Notes: a model not told the origin generated them from the sequence alone. A stretch of 64,000 bases of DNA from Tubulanus polymorphus (GCF_964204645.1 NC_134027.1:2512485-2576484), one strand, 5' to 3'. Shown: positions 26,363 through 44,170, numbered from the stretch's first letter. Translations and numbers: made by a program.

Positions 26363-27652
26363 GTATTTCATACTGTAACGGCTACTATTCTACAGACAGT
26401 ACTTGATTATATCGATGAAAAGGCTACGGATCTGATAGACTTCATTCAGCAGCATTACAACGTAACAGTTTCTCATATCGATGATAAATACATTCTAGAA
26501 GGAAACTTTGATAGTATTACGCAAGCGCATACATATATAAACGACAAATTAATGAAAAAGGTTGCGGCTAAAGATTTGGAATTGTTAAAAGAGATGGAAG
26601 AGGAAGATGAAGATGATAGTAAACAAACTGAATCGAAGTTTCGGTATAAATACACGCGAGCGCGAAGTCGTTTTACTTTACCGGTTCAAATAGAACCTGA
26701 TTCAAACATAGAACAATCTAAAAACAACGATGAACAAAGCTCTAATGACGTGTTCGTTGAAATCGTTAAAGATGATATTTCCAGTGCCGTAGATGAGGAA
26801 AATTCAGCTGAGAAATCGTCAAAGGGCGGTTATCAACTGAAAGATCGAACGTGTAACATGTGCGGTGAAACGTTCCACGGTTTGAGACGATATTCGAAAC
26901 ACATTCGTGAAGTCCATAACGTCAAACGAGCTCCGTCGGAAATGGTCACGTGCGAATTATGCGGAAAATCGTTACGTAAAAAACATTTGAAACAGCACGT
27001 GTTAAACGTTCACAAAAAACAGCGTCCGCACGTGTGTCAAATCTGTAATCGAGGTTTCACCACTAATTCATATTTGCAGTATCATTTAACGACGCACAAA
27101 GACGCCGACGAACGAACCAGGCCGTATTTATGTCCACACTGCGGCCGAGGATTCTACCGAAATACACAATTACAAGATCATATAAACGGACATACGGGTA
27201 ATAAACCGTATACATGTAAACTATGCGATAAATCATTCCCGTATCGTTCCGCGTTACATAAACATTATTCGGTCCACGAAGAGAAACTGTTTCGGTGTTC
27301 GCGGTGTTCAAAAACGTTCAAGAATAACGAACACTTAGAGGATCACATGCGTTCACACGAAACCGATTGTTATCCGTGTTTGCAGTGTGGAGAAATGTAT
27401 GACGACAAACAATCATTAACGATTCATACACAGAATCATTGTACAAATAGTATAACAGCATCGCAGCAAGATTCCAATCAACCTCAGTATATGTGCGGAT
27501 ATTGTCAGAATATATTCCCAGATCTGTCAACTGTTCAGGAACATTTGATCGAGCATGTCTCCGAGTCTTTACAACCCACACAGACATTACTGCAGTCATT
27601 AGCTACTTCATTTGATGAAAGTTTAATCAAACAGCCAATAAATCAATCGTAG
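26363..27652 (+). CDS. Terminal exon encoding eight C2H2 zinc fingers (probably an alternative last exon of the gene starting at 21998)
   Basis: Acceptor tttacttgtag|GTA; the frame is open for 63 codons upstream of the Met at 26552. Eight CxxC..H..H units, including an HTGNKPY linker. Confidence 0.85.
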   Translation, partial: VFHTVTATILQTVLDYIDEKATDLIDFIQQHYNVTVSHIDDKYILEGNFDSITQAHTYINDKLMKKVAAKDLELLKEMEEEDEDDSKQTESKFRYKYTRARSRFTLPVQIEPDSNIEQSKNNDEQSSNDVFVEIVKDDISSAVDEENSAEKSSKGGYQLKDRTCNMCGETFHGLRRYSKHIREVHNVKRAPSEMVTCELCGKSLRKKHLKQHVLNVHKKQRPHVCQICNRGFTTNSYLQYHLTTHKDADERTRPYLCPHCGRGFYRNTQLQDHINGHTGNKPYTCKLCDKSFPYRSALHKHYSVHEEKLFRCSRCSKTFKNNEHLEDHMRSHETDCYPCLQCGEMYDDKQSLTIHTQNHCTNSITASQQDSNQPQYMCGYCQNIFPDLSTVQEHLIEHVSESLQPTQTLLQSLATSFDESLIKQPINQS

Positions 27653-27703
27653 TTGAGCGATGGACATTTGTTGCCTTCGTACCAGACAATTCATTTCTTA
27701 CTA

Positions 27704-27858
27704 CAGTAGACTATGCTCGAGTCAGATATGGTGAATTCATATAAATGTTTAACTCATATGTTTGTTGAAATATCTTTCTGAACCTGACATAAATTTTTAC
27801 GGTTTATAACTGAACAGATTTATACAGTCCAAAGATCTGACTGAAGCGGAGTCTACTG
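27704..27858. mobile_element. Tc1/mariner-type MITE
   Basis: TA|cagtagact ... agtctactg|TA, with further imperfect subterminal pairing (agtcagat / atctgact). Confidence 0.65.
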
Positions 27859-28047
27859 TAGAAGGTGAATCAGAGTAGAATACCCGGTAGTTAAAATCCA
27901 GTACTCGGTGAAAAATCAGGCAAAAACGAATGAAATGTTTAAAACAATTATCAGCCAAACAGTTTAATAAATTCTACAAAATTATATGTTAAATCATTAA
28001 TGATTTGTTTAGCTCATGGAGTCCATATATTATCATAAGGAATAGTT

Positions 28048-29546
<1,499 letters not shown>

Positions 29547-30117
29547 TATTTTCAATGAGAGTTGCACAGTAAACGCCAATTTACCACTTGAGAAACCAGG
29601 AAGTTGTGGGTGGTGAGCGGTGAGCAGTAGTGACTTTTTAAAAAAGTTGTTTGATGGTAATGTAACAAATTGACCCTGAGGTTTCGAATCCCGATCTCAA
29701 GTAGAAAATAAATAGCGGAGTACTCCGCCTATCCTCGCTTGCCAGGGGTCCGGTATCGCTATTATTTATCCGCTCCCCGAACTCACTTAGCGTAGTGGGT
29801 TCGAATCCCTAGACGGGTGGAACCAAATAAGCCCTTAATATTCCGTTCTCACAAAAACTACGGCGAATTGTTGAGACTCAGTACGAAGCCATTTGGGTCA
29901 AATTGATCAAAACAAAACGAATACCGGTATTGTTTGTCATTAGAATTTAATAAACGAGAATCTGGCCCGCCCCAGGCAGAGTGAAAATGTTAGAATGTTA
30001 AATCATTTTTATTACCATAACATAACGTTGAATCCCTGATAACCTTTTGCACATCAAGTCTATATTATGAGGAATAAATAAACTTTTGGTGAAATCTAAA
30101 TCTTCGCTATTTGTGCT

Positions 30118-31946
<1,829 letters not shown>

Positions 31947-32905
31947 TATTCTGAACTTAAGTTCTATGTTCTAAGACAAAGAACTGGCCTGCGTTATACA
32001 GCAAGGAACTTTGGCCCCTATCGGCTATGCTTTTCTATGCTTATCTTATCATCTCTATGCCAACAAATGAGAAAAATGACAGTAATAGAAGTAGAATTGT
32101 TTGATGAAAGAAAGTGTAAGTCTTCGGAGGTGTTAACAACGAAATCATATCCTTGACCCATCTTTAATTTAAACTAAAACAGAATAAGGAAGTATTTCCA
32201 TATTGGATTATATTATCCTACGTACACCTTCTTGCACCTTCCTTGGATCTCAGGGGACCAATAAATTTCTTTCTTTTCTTTCTCCTTTAATAATTATTGA
32301 AAATCTGTAAATTGAATAGCTTGTTTTTTCTCTCTCATCTCTGCATGACAAAATTTGCACTCGAACCTTGATTTTCTGAAGTACTAAATAATTATCCGGC
32401 ATAGCGACTGTCAAAACCAACGATTATCCGTCCAATGAGATCTATCACATTCACAAAATTGATGATTATTTAGAATGGCTACCTGGCCTCACACAACAGG
32501 ACTACAGGACTGTTGTAGTAATTTTAGGGTTTCAAAGGTAGTGACTTGAAGTCCAATGCTTGGAAGGCAGGGTGTATCCTTTCTTCTTATTAATACATTT
32601 GATAAGAAGAGATCTTTTTGTGGAATAAAGAATTAATTGTCTTTGAGAATCCCTGTCTTCGAGTTGCCCTTCTTTTTGTCAATTCAAGGCTAAATTGTTT
32701 TCGAATCCTCCACTTAATTCCAGCTACTGCAGTGTTTCCTCGAAACATCGAAAGAAAAAACACAAAGAGCGTTTAAGAAATTTACAAATTTATTTGATGA
32801 TCACATATACGGTATATACACATGTATGGTTGTTTTTTACAACAGTTAAATGATTGATTAATGAACTATTTGTTGAGATGGTTGTCACTCATGATAGCAT
32901 TAACT

Positions 32906-35900
32906 TTAGAAATGAGCGGTGACACGGTTGACTTCGATTAGATCTTCATAAATCTGGTAAAGAAGAAAAAGAACCCAAAATGAATATACCGCGGTACATG
33001 AATATCTTCATCTGTTTTACACCTTTAACAAATCAGTTATTACCTGTTCTTGCGAAGTACCAATTTTCTTAGCCAATTCTACTCGATCCATAACTGGTAA
33101 ATTGATATACTTCCACAGTAAGTCACCATCTAGTATATTCTTCTGTGCATTAACCAGCATTTTGAAATCATGTTTCACGGCCCTTTAAAAACGAATTTCA
33201 TAGTACATTTAGCCCGTTTGTTCATATATTAGACAACCTGATCAGCAAGTTCCACTACTAACCTATAAGCTTTTGGATTTAGTCCAGCTGCATGAGAAAG
33301 TTGGCTAGTGAGGAAATTCTGCAACATTTGTAGACGCCTGTACACCTTTTCACTTATAGGCAATAGAAATCCAATTCCACCATCTAACGTAGCTGTAACA
33401 TGAACAATGTCATAGTTAGAAAACTTTCAATCCATTTCATGAGAAAGAAATGTCAGTTTGTTGTTAGAACAACTGACTTTCAGAGACATTGTTTATATCA
33501 AAAGCCGGAATCGCTACTGATCCAGAAAAGGTAGCAGAACTCCACAGTTTTCTAGGTTTTACAAACAACTACAGGTAACAGCTGTTCCATAGCTGAGTCA
33601 GAAAATAGATAAATAGTGATATTTACCGAAATAAGTAACGTGTCTGTTGATGAGATGAGGTGCCGGTTTGACACCAGGATTCGATGGGTCGTTCATATTA
33701 CAGTGAATACGGAAGAATGTGTTGATATTACTACCTGCGTTGAAATCAGCACGACGTAACAACTTCTGTCCTCCGTGACTCTCGCGCACTGTCGAAACAA
33801 ACAAACAAACAAACATCATCAAGACTAGAATTCTAGATTCGGTTTTGTCTATGGACGATGAATAAATATACTTACATTCTGGCAGATAGTTGTAGACTAG
33901 AATATTCTTATCTCTGTCGGAAACTGCAATAAACCGTAAAAACATGTAGTCAGCATTAGAATATTCATATATACATAATACAATCCAATGATTAATGGAA
34001 AGAAAAATATTTACCAATGAATCCCAATTGTTTATTGTCTACTAGGTATTCACAGGAGTAAACTTCCAGGGGACGAGCATCCTTCAAAATCATAACATTT
34101 CAAACATTCATAAAGGTTTTATGGTTTGATGAAAAATTCATTGATATCGTTATGTGTAACTTACTTTACTAACAAAGGAAAGAACTCGTACATCTTCCTG
34201 GAATCGCAGCAGTGATATACTCTTCATGATATCAGCAGCTAATATCAATCCTTTCACATTCGTTAAACAATGGATGTACACTTGTGTGTCAATAAATGCA
34301 ATACCACTCAGATCACTGTCTTTCAGTGACCAGATATAAATCTGTATAAAGAAAGAGATTAGAAATTCTGTAACATAGAAATCAACAAATACTGATCACT
34401 TATCATAACTAAGTAAAGCTCATACCTTTTGCCCAATAGCTGATACGAGATATCCATTCACATGGCACATTGCAGTAACTGGCCCCTTCTGTTCTTGATC
34501 ATAGATCACCTATTTTCACATGAAACATTGAATTATTGTAAATTCTGGTTTCATTCAGCAGAGACCAATGACTCAATGTACAGTTACCTTTATCTTATTT
34601 TTTGTCAGCGGTTGACCTGGTTCGGGCACAACTTCAATGATATCCAAAATCAAAATCTGAAATGATCAATGATACATACAGGTAGATGTTTGACATCACT
34701 AGGTGTATTTATTATATCATTTGCGAATTTACTCACCCTGCCTCGAGCGGTCACCTCTTCCCCATAAGCTACTGTCGTTCCTAGTGCAAAATAACCTTTT
34801 AACCCGCTGACGGTTTCCTCTGATTTCAGTAATACGTGTGTCAGACATGTTATATGTTCCCAGTCTTCCATATCAATTCTTAATGAGAACAAATAATCAT
34901 CATATATAACAGAATAATACTATTCATATTCTCAACATCTCAGTATATAACATTTTACTTCATTTCAAAATCAGTTAAGTCGTCATCAGAAAAGAGGTTA
35001 TATTATTTGAGACTTCATCACAATTGAAGTGTAAATTATCATTTGAATAAGTCGTCGATAATGACAGTTCTGTCTATCACGAGTTAAGTGAGTTTGATAG
35101 TATCATACTTCGTATTAGGAATCGGTTCCCAGTTGACTGGCGAGAAAAGCTGGACGGAAAATTTCTGCATCTGTGGCAGCAGAAATCTGTCGTCTTTCTC
35201 GTGCGTCTCAATTTCTCTTTCATCGCCATGAAGTCGAGCGACGCGGTTCGTAGTTTCAAGAGAATTACTCGCAATGCCATACGTCTAAAATAACATACAA
35301 TCAATAAATTCATTTCATAGCATTCCTAGTGAAAATTGGTTACTTTTCATTGCAATTTCAATTAGATTTTTATGCTTCTAAATCCGAATACTATCAAACA
35401 AGTCATCAAATAGAATAGATATGAGATTGACTTTCTCACTGAGTGTATGGTATAGATATCACTGAAAATTGATTTAATAATTAGAAAAGTTGTTAAAAAA
35501 GATTTAGATTTTCTCACCTTGCTATCGGGATGATAGGCAATAAAACTCGGGGTGCATCTCAGAGGTATTTTACGCACAGGCCAATGAGAATCGTATGTTA
35601 AATGCGTCGGAAGGGCACAAATTCGTAGTTGTCCAGCCTTATTGAAATATAGAAATCCTCGTGGACAGTTGATATTGTGGAATGCAGCAAATGAAGTCAC
35701 CGAACCGTCAATACACATTGGATGTAAGCGAAGTTCTCCACGTGATGTCATGAATATCCAGTGTGGATAGGGACCACATACAAACACCTTCAAAAATAAC
35801 AAATTCTCTTTAACATATATGCTGCCGACTATGAGATATCTTGTAGTTTCGGATCGGTCATCATTGACACTACGAGTTATCTCGTAGCTGATCCTTCTTA

Positions 35901-38900
35901 TTCACTGTCTGATATTTGAACTTTGGCACATGGGAACGACACAGTTCCTGATTGGCTGGCAATTTGAACAAACTCAGCTTCATTCTTTTCTCAATGCCCA
36001 ACGGTAAATTTTGAACAATTGCAAACGTTATCTCGTAGCAGCAACTGGGGGCAGCACTGTATAATCAGGGTGGTATTGAACGATAAGAAACTGTTCATCA
36101 TGGCCTTCATATAAAACAAATCAACTTACGCCGGAGTAACCAGCAACATCAGAAAAATAACGAAGCATTTTCACTTGAGTTGGTTTTCCATCCAATTCTT
36201 CATCCTTTTTTTGAGATTTTGTCGCGTTTTGACGTAGAATCAATGGATGCGCAATACGCTTGAATCTAAGCCTCAGATTGTTGTCATTAACCGTCATCGT
36301 TTGGTGGAAAGTAAAAGCTTCGTAAATTAAAAGATCTTCATCCACTTGCGCCTGAATTATTCGAAATAGATAGATTAGTACCAGGTATGAAGTCATGGGA
36401 AATGACACTAGAATCAGCAGAACTACAACTTACCATGAGGAACGGTCTTCTGTTCTTATTGCCTAACCCTACCAATAGAACCTCCTTCAACAGTGGCATT
36501 TCACTAGGTTTTTCAGATCTGAAATAAAGTTACATCCATGTACTGACCATTACGATAATCACCTGCGATTACATATTCAATGAGTTAAATTGAATTGCAT
36601 ATACCCTTTAGTAGTAATATCCTTCATATGACCGCTATCAACCAGTACTTTGTTTCCCATTGGGAAATTCTTCACCAGGAAACATAACGAAAAATCCGGA
36701 ATACTGAAAATCTAAATGAAAATACAAATATAAATAAACACCATGAATGGTGAATAAGAACAAGTGGTATTCATTCATCGTGAATTCTAGGGTTTTTACC
36801 TCAAGAACACCATTTTCTCTCGCTAAAGCGCACCAATACGTCGGTTTTATCTCTTTATCACTTTCAGCTCTGAATTTTCAATCGTAAGCAGTTGAAATAT
36901 AGATGAGAATGAACATATTTACTTTAATGGAAATTAATTCAATAGAAGAAATAACTTACGATTGTGTCGGTTCATCAGTCTTGAAACTGTTATCAAATAC
37001 AGATATGTCACTGACTCCGTATAATAATTCATCTTCATCATCAATAGTCACACTTAAATATAAACCAGGCATAAACGATTGATTGATTAACAGCTGAATT
37101 TCTAAGAATTATTTTTCCAGTAGTCTTAACTTACTCTTTATCGAATTCAACATTGATTTTGAGCGATTCAGCGTTATCAGATTCTGCTGGTGCAGTAGAT
37201 GGCGCCTTTGTAGTGTCTTCATCTTTGTGAACAGCTGCCGTTGTAAACATACCACTGACGTCTTTATAAACGCAATACGTCAACACTTTCGACTTCTGAA
37301 ATAAATTAAAACGTGTTGTTCTCTAACATTCCATTCCCAGAAATATTCATATCTATAATCAATAATTACTGATTTTAGGCTGTAATTAACAGAGTTGTGT
37401 ATATCACGGTCGTCAACTTAATCAACACCGACCCTATAACACCTTATTGATAATCATTACTTGTGACTCAAATAATACTATTAAATACAAACCTGAGTCA
37501 AGTTTGGTTTAGTAACGGACAGTCTTGGACCTAAATCTTGTTCTTCAACCAAAGTTAACATCATGACGGTTCCTTGCTGGCTCATTATGACGATATAAGG
37601 ATCCGCGACGGAACACTGAGTTATGGGTGAACCTACATCTATCGGAATATGCTGAATCTGTTTGACTGAAAATAAGCATAACAAGACATTTGTTCATTGA
37701 CACATTGAAAATAACAAATTTTGATTCGGGCCTGATCTGCGCCGATTTGGCCCGGGCCAACTCGTATGCGTGTGATGGCGTCTGTATAGTAACAATGAAT
37801 GAAAACATGTTTGTAACCATTTTAACGGTGTCAAAAATATCTCCATTGGAACAACACTACTGCACTGCCTTCTAGGTTTGATTGGGTGAGTCAAGGGACC
37901 AGGCCTGTTTCTGAATGATAACAGTTCGTTTAAAAGAATGAAACGCACCTCCATCTAAAAGTCGTATCCCCATAGGAGAAACCTGTAGTATATACTGTTT
38001 ACTACCGATATTTCCAGCGAACACTGTTGGTGCTTGAGTACTAAAACCGCTGTGATCGAGTTCCATTATTTCTTGTCCCGTCTCGAGAACCTGCGACGGA
38101 ATGAATAGAAAATCAATCGAGCACATCCAGCAGTGACTCTTAAAACGGGGGCAAGTACTTTTCAATAAAACGTCTAACGACAACACTTACCATACTGGAA
38201 TCATCTCTACTGAGAATCAGAAAATCATGAGCATTCTTCGGATCAATCAAAACGGATTCTTCCTCTTCATCATCGAGCTTCTCACCTTCCTCTAATTCGG
38301 CCTCCGCCTTTTCGCGTTTCTTCCTTTTTTCTTCAATACGTTCATTTCGTTCTCTCTCTATCTCCTTTAATTACGTAACAATTCAACAGGTAACAATTAT
38401 TCCGATTTTCACATACATATATATTATTGGATTAGCTGGTGGAAATATTTTCTATAATCCTGATTCATTGAAATAAACTTCCAATGATATACCATGAGAC
38501 TGTGATCTTTAAGCTTTTTTTATGATCATGGCATTAACCTATTCGATGAATGATTATATACAAGAAGGATAGTACTTAATAGGTTAACTAGTTCATTTGA
38601 AGTACAAGCTTTCGCTACTAGTGTATATAGTGAAAGCTCGCACTTCAAATAAAGTAGTTAACCTATAAAGTACTATCCATCTCGTCGTCGTATTCAGGAC
38701 TCCTCTACAAATCTTCTCATGATGAATAATTATCAAATTATCTATTTATGATCATGAAGGGTATATTTATATTAGTTTCAGTCAACAACATCTGACATAA
38801 ATGTCAATAGAAGATGCATCCATCAAAAAGCGATTTACTAATAAGATGAATCAATGCCAGGACACGTTTGTTAAATTCAAAATGTTCGATATTCATAACC

Positions 38901-41900
38901 GTAGCATTCCGCATAATTTACCTCATCTGACTTCGGAGGACCTTTAACGGTCCACATATCGTAACAGCCGACCAGCTCACCGGCATCAAACGTCGTGACA
39001 ACCTGAGGTCTGATACTTCTCTAAAAAACATCAACATTTTCAAAATCAGCAGAGATATCGAGGTAGATGCACGCGATATGACTAACTCTGACAGCGGGAT
39101 ACGAAATAACTATTTAACCACTGCCAATTTGCCAGTAAGATTTCGTGTTCAAAGGTAAAGGTAAACCAGACCCGAATAACAATAAATCAGAGAACCATCT
39201 ATTATCGGAGCAATATAGCAGCCCATTAGCTAACAATAGGGTGAATGGAGAACATGCAAGACTGCACCGATGCGGTTACTTTCTATAATTATCTCTTGGC
39301 GTTAATTTCCGGGTATTTTTATAGAATCACGTTATAAACGAGACTCTGGAGCTGTTGTCGATTCTTTCTAACACTTCATTTTCAATTTGCAGCTGTTCAA
39401 TCACGTTACGTGGATCCGCCGGTGAGAGAACCAAACAATAAATTAGCAACATGAAATTCGATTGATATTCTAGTAATTGAAAACTTTCATCTTAGAAGAA
39501 AATGAACGAATCTCCTGCGTGGAAACAACTGTGCAGACATTTCAACTCGAGGCAATGAAAGGAAATGGTCATCAAATAGATTTTCTGCTTCCTCAACATT
39601 TGAGGTTTTGATGTTAAATGACCGCTTCATAATTATTGATAGTGTCAAATAAGGGATTGAGGTCGAATTCTAATCGTTGGACGCGGATTATCTGATATCA
39701 ACAATTTGCTCAATCATTTCATAAAGATTCATTCATTCAGCACTTTTCAAAGACCTAAAACAAAACCCGAATTCAATTCCAATAAAAGGTTTTGATAGAA
39801 CTGTAAAATTTTGCGAGATCCTCTTCGAAACCCTTTAAGCCATTTTCATTGACAAGACTTTAATTTCCTGTACGATGAAGCTTTCGATACAGAATTACTC
39901 AAAAGGTTAAACCATCAAGCGCAGCACGTCTTAAACTGTAGTGGAGATGAACAAATGATCTAAAGGATCAACCAAAAGGCTCTTTGCAAAAAATTGTATC
40001 AATATATTTCAGCTAGGAGGCTGGTAGATGATGCAAGTCAGATTCCTGTTGTATGGTTGTCACATTTACACGGAATGTGATATAAGAGTGAATTGACAAA
40101 TTGATGACGATTCTGGTTTTATAAACCATACGAATCCCTATACATAATTCAAATGGCTATAAATCATAGGGTTGCGTGACAGGTTTCCTTCTGAGATACA
40201 TTCATCAAATCCCGAACTGAATATATCTCATAATAAGAGCAGGCAGTCACACAGAACAGCTGTTTACACCCTAAATAGATTTCAGATTTGTGTGAAAAGC
40301 CATAACGTGGATCACTGTATTCGCGTGAAAAGCTTTCAGTAAACGTAAATCTTTGAAGCGATTTCAAATTTTGACCAAAGTTTGTTCGTCGCTGTCTCTT
40401 GCACTTCGTTAGTTTAACTGACATCTGATCAACTGCTTTCAAATTGCCAGAATTGATAAAGCACTCGTAAGCTGAAGGGTGAATCATAAGGCTCGAATTT
40501 GAATAATAGAAGACCTTAGCAGAATGATGGATGAACTGCGACCAGTAAATCAAAGATAAAATTGTCCGGTATCTCAGCTGATCAGTCAAAATCATTGATT
40601 ACTCTTAAAATGTACTACTTAATTAGACCGCATTTGGAGAGAGAGAGAGAAGAGAGGAGAGAAGAGAGGAGAGACAAGAGAGCTGTTCAAGATCGCACTA
40701 TCCAATATTGTCTGAGAATTCTATGATGAAAATATTGATATTCAACGTTTGTCAATTATTACAGCGATTAATATGCAAATTACAACTAGTAGTGTATTTC
40801 TCGCTTCCATTATTACAGGTATTAAATTAATGCCCATTTTCTCGCAGCAGTAGCCGCGTATCCCGTAGCCCCTTGGGGCTCCTGCGCGTTACAGCGATGG
40901 GTATAGAGTCTATAATCAATCATGAGGTACAGGTGCTAGCGCCGAGAGTGATATTCATGTGAAAAGCTCTGATTCGATCTCGTAACAGATGAATGATTTA
41001 ATCAATCGTAACAAAAACGCAATGGATCTAAACACCTGTGAGATCGGTATGCAACGACCGAATGAAAAGAAAAAAACTAATTATTAATTATTAATTTCAT
41101 TAAACTGCTATTCATTAACTCATTGGGAAATGCACTTTTTTCATCCTTTATCAACCTTTAAGAGCTTGATAGGAAGCAGGTGCGGATCCAGCCAGCAAAG
41201 TGAGCCTTGTACAACACCCTCAAATGTTTTGAGTTGCCTTTTTGGGAATGAGCTCTTTAACTTTTTACTGTATTATTTGTACTTGATCTTATAAACTTCG
41301 CTTGTAATTGATAGGATAAGGCAAGCTTTCTAATTGGAAATTCTGTAAAATGTATCAAACTCATCAAAAATTTTCAAATGCAAGACCTTAGTTGCTAATA
41401 CGCCTCCAACTATGCCTTTTCAATGATCAAAAATGCCATTTATAAGTCACAAGACCTTAAAAGTAGCCCTTGAATCAGCCCCTGGGTAGAGACCCCCTCC
41501 CTAATAACATGGGCTAGCTAATCATAGCAAAGAATTGCAGGACACAGCACAAGTTAATATGGGGAAACAGCCCTGTTTCCCTCATATTGACAGCAATTGA
41601 TAGCATTTTTCAGATTCTGGTCACCGATGTAATGCCTTTAAACTTAAGCGTCTATCTAGTAATACGTGCAACAAGTGTAAAAAGAGCATGATTAAATTGA
41701 ATTAGCAATCGAGTACTAGTGAATGATGAGACAATAATTCAATCAATGTTCGTTGCTGCTTAAATCGCCTGCTTCATTAGAAAACCTGTCAGAACCGAAC
41801 AAAACTAGATAAATCATTTACCTGTAACACGGATAATGCACCATTTTTAGCATAACCAGAAGTTGTCACCAGCTCCAAGTCGGGTTCGTCTGGATGACTC

Positions 41901-41977
41901 AACTCATCTGACAGAAATGCAGGCTCACCCATTTTCATCTGGCCGCAAGGTGCGATATTGATGAGACTATCGGCTAC
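32906..41977 (-). CDS. CPSF1: Cleavage and polyadenylation specificity factor subunit 1 (CPSF160), 3' portion; upstream exons outside window
   Basis: Exons encode [107 protein letters not shown], and the C-terminus RVTAHF* (TAA 32906-32908). Confidence 0.96.
38567..38678. repeat. Imperfect palindrome (fold-back), possibly a Penelope-type remnant, in a CPSF1 intron
   Basis: ggatagtactt..aggttaacta..tttgaagt..agctttc pairs with gaaagct..acttcaaa..tagttaacct..aagtactatcc. Confidence 0.7.
41178..41483. mobile_element. Degenerate Harbinger-like MITE
   Basis: Termini caggtgcggatcca / tgaatcagcccctg form imperfect TIRs. Confidence 0.45.
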
Positions 41978-44121
41978 CTGAAAATACATAGATAAAACTA
42001 ATGATATCATCATCACCATCATCAATTGAGAGGGGACTGTTTTGACGGTCATTCATTCTGTTCCGACAGATATTCTAGACGTTTACCCTGAGTAGTGGCT
42101 TTCGTTCCAGGCCCGTAGCGCGACTAATTTTATTAAAATGAAGACATTTTTGATGGACAGCCTGGATTCTACATCTCCCATGGGAATAAATTCCATTTGT
42201 TGACTATAATGTTAGTATAAATTCATTTGAAAAATGATATTCGATCGTGATTTTCAAAATAGAAGGGGTAGGTGTGAGAGGTTCCTATCAGAACATCAAA
42301 TCGAAAGCATTGACAAAATACCCAACAAATAACTAGGTGTATTTTATTCATAAGTACGGAAATAGCCGTGCCATGGTGAACACCATACGGGCAATAGTTG
42401 TGAATCCATCATCGTTAGTTGCCAATCTCACCGGAAAAACCTGCCATAAAGCACAGGTTTTTTTTGTCGAGCTTATCGGAATGAAGAGACCGACGCTCAA
42501 CGCTCGACGATACATCAACACATGGCTTTGATTTCATACGAAAACGAAGATATCCCGTCACCTTGAACACACAGTAGTTTGCTCGTATAAACTATAGGTT
42601 TAACGTGACAGTGATGATCGTCCGATCAAACAATAAATACACATAACAGCCGCGTAGGGGTGGACGGTTTACACGGAAGTGAGGGTCACTAAACAAGAGA
42701 AATAAATACACATCATGGTCGGAATAAGAATTACTGCAGTCACGACTTTCCCGAATAGACAGAACCCGAGTGGTCTCGGTAACTCGCTAGGATAAGGTGT
42801 GATGCTCAGTGACAAGCGGGTTCAAGTCCTGTCTGGCTGCTGCCGGTTAAATAAACAATCCAAAAGGGTCGGGAAAGGAAAGGTTCGATTCAGGGAAAGC
42901 AAGATCCGAATGACGCATAACAACCCGGAAATATCAGACAAAAACCGTAAACATGAACAACAAGTATGTATACGTGCTAATAGCATGTCAGTGAAATTTG
43001 ATGGCTACAGAGATCGAGGCAGTGGTATTTTTCAGTTGGCAATCAGAAACAATTATCTCAATTATGATGGGGAAGTGAGGAACGGCAGTTTCGCTTCAGA
43101 TGAGAGATTGTGTCAGTTGTGATCTGAAACAAAATGAGAGCCTCGCTGAGAGTCATTGTCACGACGACAATGTTCATAATTATTCGACGTCGCGGAAAAA
43201 TCAAATTTTCTACTCGGTGAAAAATGCACGGAGAAATATGGACAAAATAGAATCATCGGAATCTAATGATGTTTGATTACTAGATCTCATTATCAAAAAC
43301 AAAGAGCTTTTCGAGTCTAAACGTGGTCATATTTCGTGAGTAATTTGCAGAATTCTCTTTAAATCATCGAGATGGAACAACTCAAGTTCGTCGATCACCT
43401 TCGTTCGTTCGTTCGTTCGTTCGTTTGTGCGAGTGGAAAATTCTTCATGATTATCTACAGAATCACCTGCGACTTTAATGATTCAAAAAAAAATACCACC
43501 TGAGATACATAGCAGCTACATGATACGAGGAACGAATGAGGTCACCATGCGGGCAATAAACTTACAATATTTTAAAAAAAATTTCGAAGGTCTTTCCATT
43601 CTCGCTGACAACAATACACGATTTAGAGAAGGAACCAAGTTGGTCGTGCTTCGAGACACTTTTGTAACAAAACAGGATCTAATTCTACAGTTCAAACTTA
43701 AACTCAGTACCGCGGTCCTGGTAACACTTACAGTCGCAACATCGCAACATTCCCATTTTTCATTATTAACGTAGGATTTTTCATGTGTCATCGACCTACG
43801 CACACTAGTAACTAGAACTTAAACGAGTCAAAAACTTCTGGTTCGTCCAGAAGTCAGTTTGGGTCAAACCGGCTACGGTTGTTTAGAGTCTATTCAGAAC
43901 CTTTACAGATTCATATGAAAAAGGTTTCTACAGGTTGATATAAATGGCCACCTAATGAAGACCTAATGAACGAATGAAGACCTAATGAATACTTGTAGCT
44001 CTCTGGAAAACTTGTCAAAACCTACACTTAAATCTACATCCAGACTCATTAGCGCTAATTGTCAACTTATAATGATGTCTAGGTACATATGAACTACTAC
44101 ATAAAACAATACAATCTACCT

Positions 44122-44123
<2 letters not shown>

Positions 44124-44166
<43 letters not shown>
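44124..44166. repeat. (TA)n microsatellite
   Basis: Uninterrupted TA run of about 20 units. Confidence 0.95.

Positions 44167-44170
<4 letters not shown>

Noticed and set aside
40164-40595. 143-aa minus-strand ORF in a CPSF1 intron
   Set aside because: No domain signature or consistent splice context; plausibly a chance ORF.
42775-42845. tRNA-like sequence with B-box GGTTCAAGTCC
   Set aside because: I could not build a cloverleaf; more likely a SINE head than a tRNA gene.
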